Positions 58,314 to 64,000 of a stretch of DNA of 64,000 nucleotides are shown piece after piece. The DNA comes from Minisyncoccota bacterium (lineage in GTDB: Bacteria; Patescibacteriota; Minisyncoccia; Phycocordibacterales; JABAAK01). The stretch is from positions 658,026-722,025 of the forward strand of contig OY282360.1 in the NCBI GenBank assembly GCA_958295675.1, written 5' to 3'. The position numbers and the translations under genes are program-made. The stretch's first letter is position 1. Each line of letters opens with the position of its first letter. The notes below the pieces were generated by a model. The model was not told where the DNA came from. It ran no database searches and saw only the letters and a list, made by a program, of their open reading frames with translations.

Positions 58314-61300
58314 GCGTTCCGGATTCCCTGCGCTCTCGAATTCATTCTCTAAATCATCAATACTCATAGCGACAAAATAAGAATCGTCCGGAACACCACG
58401 CTCTCGGCGTTCAATCTCCTCCTCTGAATAGAAAATCTCATAATCATCAACCCACACTTCATCCGCTATACCGTCGTCCCAGACCAAACTATCATCGCCC
58501 AAAATCATATTCTCTCTGTCATCCGCGAATAAAACTGCACCACTTCTGTCAACAAGAATTTGGGCGATGATATATTCATAACCAGAACCAGATTTTTTGG
58601 CGGAAACATTAGAAACAAGAACCTGATTTTTGTCTGAAAAATTAATGCGCTTAAGCACATTTGATGGAACGGACACACCGCCGCGCCGTACACTTTCAAC
58701 ATCTGAAGGGATACCGAGTTCAGATTCTTTCAATAGGTCACCGTACATAACCTTGTTGATTAATGCATCCGAATCCCTGCACGCCGCTTCTTTTTCTTCA
58801 ATAGCATCAGCAATATCAGATGCGCGCTCGATGCTTGTCTCCGCCGCCTTCAATAGAGGCACATTAAGTTTACGCTCAGCATCTTGCACACTACCCCAAA
58901 GCATCTCCACCTGCTCCGGACTGACAACATTAAGGCGCGGAGGTCGGACTCGCCTATCAAGTGCAAAATCTCTCAATTTTTTAACTTTCTTTCTGATTGA
59001 ATCGCGAAGTCGTTCACTCTCTTCTTGTTGTGCCACATTGTCACGAAGTTCTTTGATGCGCTGAAGAGTTTCGGCATTTTCTTTTTTCGCTTCATTTTCT
59101 TCACGGTAATAGCGAATACTATATTGGATACCGCCCCATCCTACAACACGGGCCGGATGTGCGGTTAACGGATCACCGGTAACACCATCATTGCCGTACA
59201 CAATAGGATTGGGCAGTGACAGGTCTGATGTCAGAGGATCAAACCTGTGTTGCTGCCGTTCATATCTATCCTGATTATTTAATTTCCATTTTTCCCATAC
59301 AACAGTATTCAAACGATTCCGTACATCCTGTTTGAGAGATTCAATATCATTAAATTTGTTCTCAGAAAACGCATCCTGCAGTTGAACATACACCTTACGA
59401 CCAGACGGCAAAGAGGGGATATCACCAAGCTTCAAAATATCTTTATTCCGCATCTCTATCTTTGCATAGTAACCGTCATGAGGATCAGTGATGTACTGCA
59501 CACGATACATCTTTCCACCGACAGTAATCGTATTAGGATTCTCTTTATATATCGCGCGCTGTGTATCCCGTGATATGAAATCTTCAAGAGAGAAAGATAG
59601 ACTAATACCATGACGCTTCAAATCACGCATGGAAGACGCATTACCTGCGTGTGTGAGTCCCAAGGAATATAGATCACGCAAACAATCTTTGGAAAATGAT
59701 CCTGAAAACATCTGGTTCTCCTGAATATCACTGCCATTGCGGGCACGCAGCACATTGTACCGATCCATGACCTGCTGGTTGTTCCTGGTAAAATCAGCAA
59801 AATTCGGATGCTGTACAAGCCATTCACTGAATGCACGCACGGCATCCGGATTGGAATCTACTTTTTCAACACTAGGCGGCAGATCATCTTGAAACTGTAC
59901 ATCTTTTATACGCTGAACGGTATGCCTGTACACACCATCTTTTTGTGGATCATATTCCAAAGAATCGTGAGATGTTTCAAGCAATTGGGGAGCGATTTCC
60001 GAAATCCATTCCTGCTTCACACGCTGAACAGGCGAAAGCCATGTCTTTGGTCCGCGTTTCGTGTCAGTGGTGAATATCTCACCGGCAACACACAAATCAG
60101 GCACGGTCCGGTAAACCGAAGACGACGGATGAATAAACATGTACATTCCGTGAGAAAAACCGGCGGGATCAGGGCGCACAAAACCATAACTAAAGCGACT
60201 ATTTTTTCGCACAAAGTTTGAAACGAGACCGGCAAAAACGGATTTGCCAACGGCTTCCGGATCATCGGAGTGCGCTTCATAGTTCCGTCCGTTTCTGAGA
60301 ACGCGGAGCATCTGCATTCTGGTCTGACGCACACGGTCAAGCGCCTGAGCGTTGAGAAAGTTTTCTCTTGCCCACTGATACCGACCGCCATTCAGATTTT
60401 TGTACTCCTTCCAAATGTTCATAAATGTTACAAAATCAGAAGAATCATCCTGAAATCGAAGATGTGCTCGATCCGCTTCATCCTCCTTTCCTCTGGGACG
60501 CACAAACAATTTCCGGCGTTCATCAAAAAAAGCAGCGATGGTTACAATATCACCGACACAGCCGCGATCAAGACCCTCAACAACCATTCGGGCAATTCTC
60601 GGCTCAAGCGGCAGGTCTGCCATCGTCTCACCGACAGAAGTAATGGCTTCCTGTTCGTCAAGAGCGCCTAACATTTTCAATTCCTGAACAGCGGCATCAA
60701 TGTTCTCCAGATCCGGTTTGTCAATAAAATCAAAGGAACGCACATTATCAATGCCGGATTTTTTCATAATCAGGACAAGATTGGCGAGGTTCGTCCGCTG
60801 AATTTCCGGCTTTGAATACGCCGGTCGTTCTTCAAAGCTTTCTCTGGTGTAGAGTGCATGGTACACACCGTCTGTCACGCGACCGGCGCGCCCGCGCCGC
60901 TGCCTCAAACCGGCCTGCGAATGCTCTTTTGTTTCCAATTTTCTGATGTGCATCTTCGGATCAAAATCAGTTTCTTTGATGAGTCCGGAATCAACCACAT
61001 GCCGTATACCGTCAACAGTCACTCCTGCTTCGGCTATGTTTGTGGAGACGATGATACGCCGTGTGTCACCTCGCTTGGTTATCACCCGCTTCTGCTCTTC
61101 CTTGGAAACAGACGCGTGCAGCTCCAATATCTCACACCGATTGGTAATGTCTGAGTCACTCAGACACTGAATGGTGCCTTTTATTTCCTCACGACCGGGC
61201 ATAAAAACAAGTATGTCGCCCGGCTCTCCGGACGTAACAATCTCTTCACATTTTTCAGCAGCAGCAGAAACATAGTCGTTGGCAATTGTCTCCGCATAAT

Positions 61301-62024
61301 GCTCTTCAACAGGAAACATCTTGCCTTCTATCTCCTTCATTGCCTCAGTACCGAAGTATTCGGCAAATTTCTCCTTCTCAATAGTTGCCGAGGAAATCAC
61401 AACTTTCAATGGCGGGTGTCCCTGTTCTTTCCGCAGCTTCTGCGCCTGTTTAAGCAGACCCATAACAAGATCAATATTCAAACTCCGCTCATGCGCTTCA
61501 TCAACCATAACGGCATCATAGTTTTTCAGAAGCGGATCATTGACAATTTTCCGCAGCATAATACCGTCAGTCATAAAATTCAAATTGGTATTGCGGTCAG
61601 TACGGTCGTCAAAACGAACCTGGTATCCGACTTCCCGATTCATAGAATAACCATTCAGGTCAGCAACATATTCAGGGACGGAAACGGCGATATTTACCCG
61701 AGGCACGGTGACGGCAATGCGCGAATCAGGACCGAGTGTTTTAAAAAGAAAATCCGGACCGCGTGTGGTTTTCCCGGCACCGGTGTGCGCCACTAACACT
61801 GACGATTCATGATTGGAAAAAAATTCCATCACTTCATCTCTGCGCCTGTCCATCGGCGTAACCTGATCGGGAGAAAGTTCCTGTTTCCTGTGAGACCGCT
61901 CTGGTGTTTGCTCCCTCTCGGAAGCCGGTTTGGAAAACTGCTCTGATGTTTGTTCCTTCTTGGGAAATGGTTTGGTTATTTCATCCAACCTTCCGAATAC
62001 TAATTTTCTTCTCCCACTTTTCAT
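58203..62024 (-). CDS. HrpA-like DEAH-box RNA helicase with long unique C-terminus
   Basis: HTGAGKTT, VGYQVRFDD, DEAHERS, SAT, STNIAE.GVT, QRRGRAGR, HA2 LPLEPRIARM. Confidence 0.9.
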   Translation of the reverse strand: MKSGRRKLVFGRLDEITKPFPKKEQTSEQFSKPASEREQTPERSHRKQELSPDQVTPMDRRRDEVMEFFSNHESSVLVAHTGAGKTTRGPDFLFKTLGPDSRIAVTVPRVNIAVSVPEYVADLNGYSMNREVGYQVRFDDRTDRNTNLNFMTDGIMLRKIVNDPLLKNYDAVMVDEAHERSLNIDLVMGLLKQAQKLRKEQGHPPLKVVISSATIEKEKFAEYFGTEAMKEIEGKMFPVEEHYAETIANDYVSAAAEKCEEIVTSGEPGDILVFMPGREEIKGTIQCLSDSDITNRCEILELHASVSKEEQKRVITKRGDTRRIIVSTNIAEAGVTVDGIRHVVDSGLIKETDFDPKMHIRKLETKEHSQAGLRQRRGRAGRVTDGVYHALYTRESFEERPAYSKPEIQRTNLANLVLIMKKSGIDNVRSFDFIDKPDLENIDAAVQELKMLGALDEQEAITSVGETMADLPLEPRIARMVVEGLDRGCVGDIVTIAAFFDERRKLFVRPRGKEDEADRAHLRFQDDSSDFVTFMNIWKEYKNLNGGRYQWARENFLNAQALDRVRQTRMQMLRVLRNGRNYEAHSDDPEAVGKSVFAGLVSNFVRKNSRFSYGFVRPDPAGFSHGMYMFIHPSSSVYRTVPDLCVAGEIFTTDTKRGPKTWLSPVQRVKQEWISEIAPQLLETSHDSLEYDPQKDGVYRHTVQRIKDVQFQDDLPPSVEKVDSNPDAVRAFSEWLVQHPNFADFTRNNQQVMDRYNVLRARNGSDIQENQMFSGSFSKDCLRDLYSLGLTHAGNASSMRDLKRHGISLSFSLEDFISRDTQRAIYKENPNTITVGGKMYRVQYITDPHDGYYAKIEMRNKDILKLGDIPSLPSGRKVYVQLQDAFSENKFNDIESLKQDVRNRLNTVVWEKWKLNNQDRYERQQHRFDPLTSDLSLPNPIVYGNDGVTGDPLTAHPARVVGWGGIQYSIRYYREENEAKKENAETLQRIKELRDNVAQQEESERLRDSIRKKVKKLRDFALDRRVRPPRLNVVSPEQVEMLWGSVQDAERKLNVPLLKAAETSIERASDIADAIEEKEAACRDSDALINKVMYGDLLKESELGIPSDVESVRRGGVSVPSNVLKRINFSDKNQVLVSNVSAKKSGSGYEYIIAQILVDRSGAVLFADDRENMILGDDSLVWDDGIADEVWVDDYEIFYSEEEIERRERGVPDDSYFVAMSIDDLENEFESAGNPERKKTARRHLISALEEKIKSSDKPFEVAILRAKLKDLR

Positions 62025-62683
62025 ATGCTAAAAACCTGTATTGTATCCTTGCCAATACCCTCATACCGTAACTCATCAGCAGCTTCGCGCAGAAAAGCAG
62101 CTGAAAAGAAAGCCGGAATAAGCGGAATAGTGCCGGAAAGTGTAACAGAGTGCGCGGGTCGCAGTTGCGGAAGCAATGCGTCAAAAAACTTTTGCAGGTC
62201 GTCGGGTGAAAAGTGCTCATCAGAAGGAAAAATCTTCCCTAGATCCACGGAATACGGCGGCGCACCGGATACCCTCTGGGAAAAATCCTTTCCAGAATTG
62301 GGAAAAGCAAAATCAAGAATAACATTACTGTCGCGAATCACGGTGTCCCGAGAATATATAGGCGTCAAGAATATGTCTCCGGATTTTGATTCCATAACCA
62401 ATTCATCAGTAACGGCATGTATATCGCTGAACAGACGGAGTGTTGAGGCGATATGGCTGTTTGGAGAAAGACACACATGAGCACCCTGAAAATCAATAAG
62501 AAAATCCTGCACGGCATCCTGCCCGCCAAAATCAGGAGTAGTAATATCAGGCACCGTCACAGTCTCGTACTGAATAAAAGACGGCTTAACATGCGCAGAA
62601 ACTGGCATACAAAAGCAGTATACAGGGATAAACAAGCGCAATAGGAAAATATCAACACATGCCACAAAAACAGGTACTGACAA
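62021..62683 (-). CDS. hypothetical protein
   Basis: ORF overlaps the helicase start (ATGA). True start probably near 62608. Confidence 0.55.
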   Translation of the reverse strand: MSVPVFVACVDIFLLRLFIPVYCFCMPVSAHVKPSFIQYETVTVPDITTPDFGGQDAVQDFLIDFQGAHVCLSPNSHIASTLRLFSDIHAVTDELVMESKSGDIFLTPIYSRDTVIRDSNVILDFAFPNSGKDFSQRVSGAPPYSVDLGKIFPSDEHFSPDDLQKFFDALLPQLRPAHSVTLSGTIPLIPAFFSAAFLREAADELRYEGIGKDTIQVFSI

Positions 62684-62705
62684 AAAACCTTTTTATTCCT
62701 ACATC

Positions 62706-63404
62706 CTATTTTTTCTTCTTTACACACAAACAAAGTGTGCACAGGCAGAATCCCTTCTTTGTTTTCCGTGCGCCTATCTTCTTCTTTGCCGGCTCAAAGG
62801 TGCTTTTTGAGCATGAACGGAACGCACACCATGCGAAGAGAGCGATAACGAACGAAACATTCAGAACATACACAAAGTCAAAAGGTGGCACATCAAAATA
62901 TACGGGATCAAAAAAATCAATAAGGTAGAACACGAGCGCGAACAGGATATAGTACACCAAAAACAGTGATGTGATGACGCCGTAGAATAAACGAATATAC
63001 TTTCGCCATACGGTTGAGACAAGCACAAGCAGTAGTGCGATCAGCACAACAATAAGGGACTCAGCAAAACGGAATATATCGTACCGATCTGCCTCAGACA
63101 TACCCAATTCAGCAACACTTAAAAAGAGAGCGCTGAAACCGAGAAGTGCTATAAAAGCGGATCCGACAAAAACATAGTATTTCACATTTTGTGATCTGAA
63201 CACATCATACAAAAGAGGCACTGAAGCGACGATGGGAACAGCAACCATGCCGAACAGATAAAAAACAAGGTGTAGTGCGGTCATACCCGAGCCGTGCATC
63301 AGAAAAATACCTTCATACAAAAAATACAGGTTTGATAATACGAGAGTGGCGAGAACGACAGCGCTCACAAAACGAATAAAACAGAAACAGGTAATGTTTA
63401 CCAT
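62706..63404 (-). CDS. hypothetical multi-pass membrane protein
   Basis: About 6 hydrophobic segments. Start 8 nt after TGnTATAGT. Confidence 0.65.
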   Translation of the reverse strand: MVNITCFCFIRFVSAVVLATLVLSNLYFLYEGIFLMHGSGMTALHLVFYLFGMVAVPIVASVPLLYDVFRSQNVKYYVFVGSAFIALLGFSALFLSVAELGMSEADRYDIFRFAESLIVVLIALLLVLVSTVWRKYIRLFYGVITSLFLVYYILFALVFYLIDFFDPVYFDVPPFDFVYVLNVSFVIALFAWCAFRSCSKSTFEPAKKKIGARKTKKGFCLCTLCLCVKKKK

Positions 63405-63437
63405 ACACCCGTACTATACCACACCAAAACAATACTT

Positions 63438-63980
63438 TTAGTTATACAAATCGTATTCCCGCAATTCATTCCGAAGTGCGCGGTAATCAGGAAACGCCCT
63501 GCTGACGAGAGACCAAAACCTGTCCGAGTGATTAAGTTCTTTCAGGTGGCACAACTCGTGCACAATGATATAATCACGCAACCGTTCCGGCAAAAAAAGA
63601 ATACGATGGTTTAAGCTGATATTCTTCTTGGCTGTGCAGCTGCCCCAGCAGGTTTTCTGATTCCGTATGTACAACTTATTATATGAAAAACCGTACAGGT
63701 TGTTGTAGAAACAGAGGCGTTCCTCGGCAAGTGCGCGTGTTCGATCTCTGTGCCTCAAGTAATCCTCCCGGGAAGAAACCGGCAGCGGACGAAAGCCGAG
63801 ATTTTTGAAAAAATCAATTTGATTAACCACCCATACAGATTTCTCCCGTACAAACGAATCCAACACCGATTGAGGAACACTGATCGGTCCGACCACAACC
63901 ACACTGCCGTCACGATGCACATCAATGTGCACCCGTTTCGTTCTTTTACTTCTGCGTACGGTGTATGAAAAATTGCTCAT
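63438..63980 (-). CDS. YgjP/DUF45-like (M48-type) metallo-hydrolase
   Basis: IRNQKTCWGSC, DYIIVHELCHLKELNHSDRFW. Confidence 0.88.
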   Translation of the reverse strand: MSNFSYTVRRSKRTKRVHIDVHRDGSVVVVGPISVPQSVLDSFVREKSVWVVNQIDFFKNLGFRPLPVSSREDYLRHRDRTRALAEERLCFYNNLYGFSYNKLYIRNQKTCWGSCTAKKNISLNHRILFLPERLRDYIIVHELCHLKELNHSDRFWSLVSRAFPDYRALRNELREYDLYN

Positions 63981-64000
63981 AGCGCACCATGGAAATCGTT

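Noticed and set aside
1-64000. Alternative genetic code (TGA=Gly)
   Set aside because: Conserved genes such as ung and recO end at TGA, and long genes have no internal TGA.

Overview
64-kb chromosomal segment of a small-genome bacterium, most consistent with Patescibacteria/CPR (Parcubacteria-like). This placement is inferred from gene content: extended rplL/rpsF, type-2 IleRS with an inserted His-phosphatase domain, a large peptidoglycan-binding surface protein, and almost no biosynthesis genes. TGA is used as stop (code 11). Core genes: leuS, rplL/rplJ, ftsK, recA, efp, rpsR-ssb-rpsF, recO, ileS, yqgF, pyrG, recG, dcd, ung, ftsH, smpB/ssrA and an HrpA-like helicase. RNA genes: tRNA-Ser(GGA), an unusual tRNA-Ile(UAU), tRNA-Arg(UCU), tRNA-Arg(CCG) and tmRNA. 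Each of the four stable-RNA loci is followed by an integrase-free defence islet, giving four R-M systems. Top candidates for novelty: (1) a translationally coupled Type III R-M operon carrying, between mod and res, a putative RnlA-like HEPN RNase fused to a DnaA domain-IV HTH, led by an Abi-like gene and with a MerR-HTH-fused Mod; (2) a UmuD/LexA S24 domain fused to a DNA methyltransferase, paired with a TaqI-like nuclease; (3) two tandem promoter-to-terminator structured non-coding RNAs, each followed by a copy of the leuS 3' end; (4) a captured proteobacterial-like dapB plus truncated polyprenyl synthase, fused to a copy of the helicase C-terminal tail; (5) pervasive leaderless gene architecture. 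All family calls come from motif recognition by eye; no database search was run.
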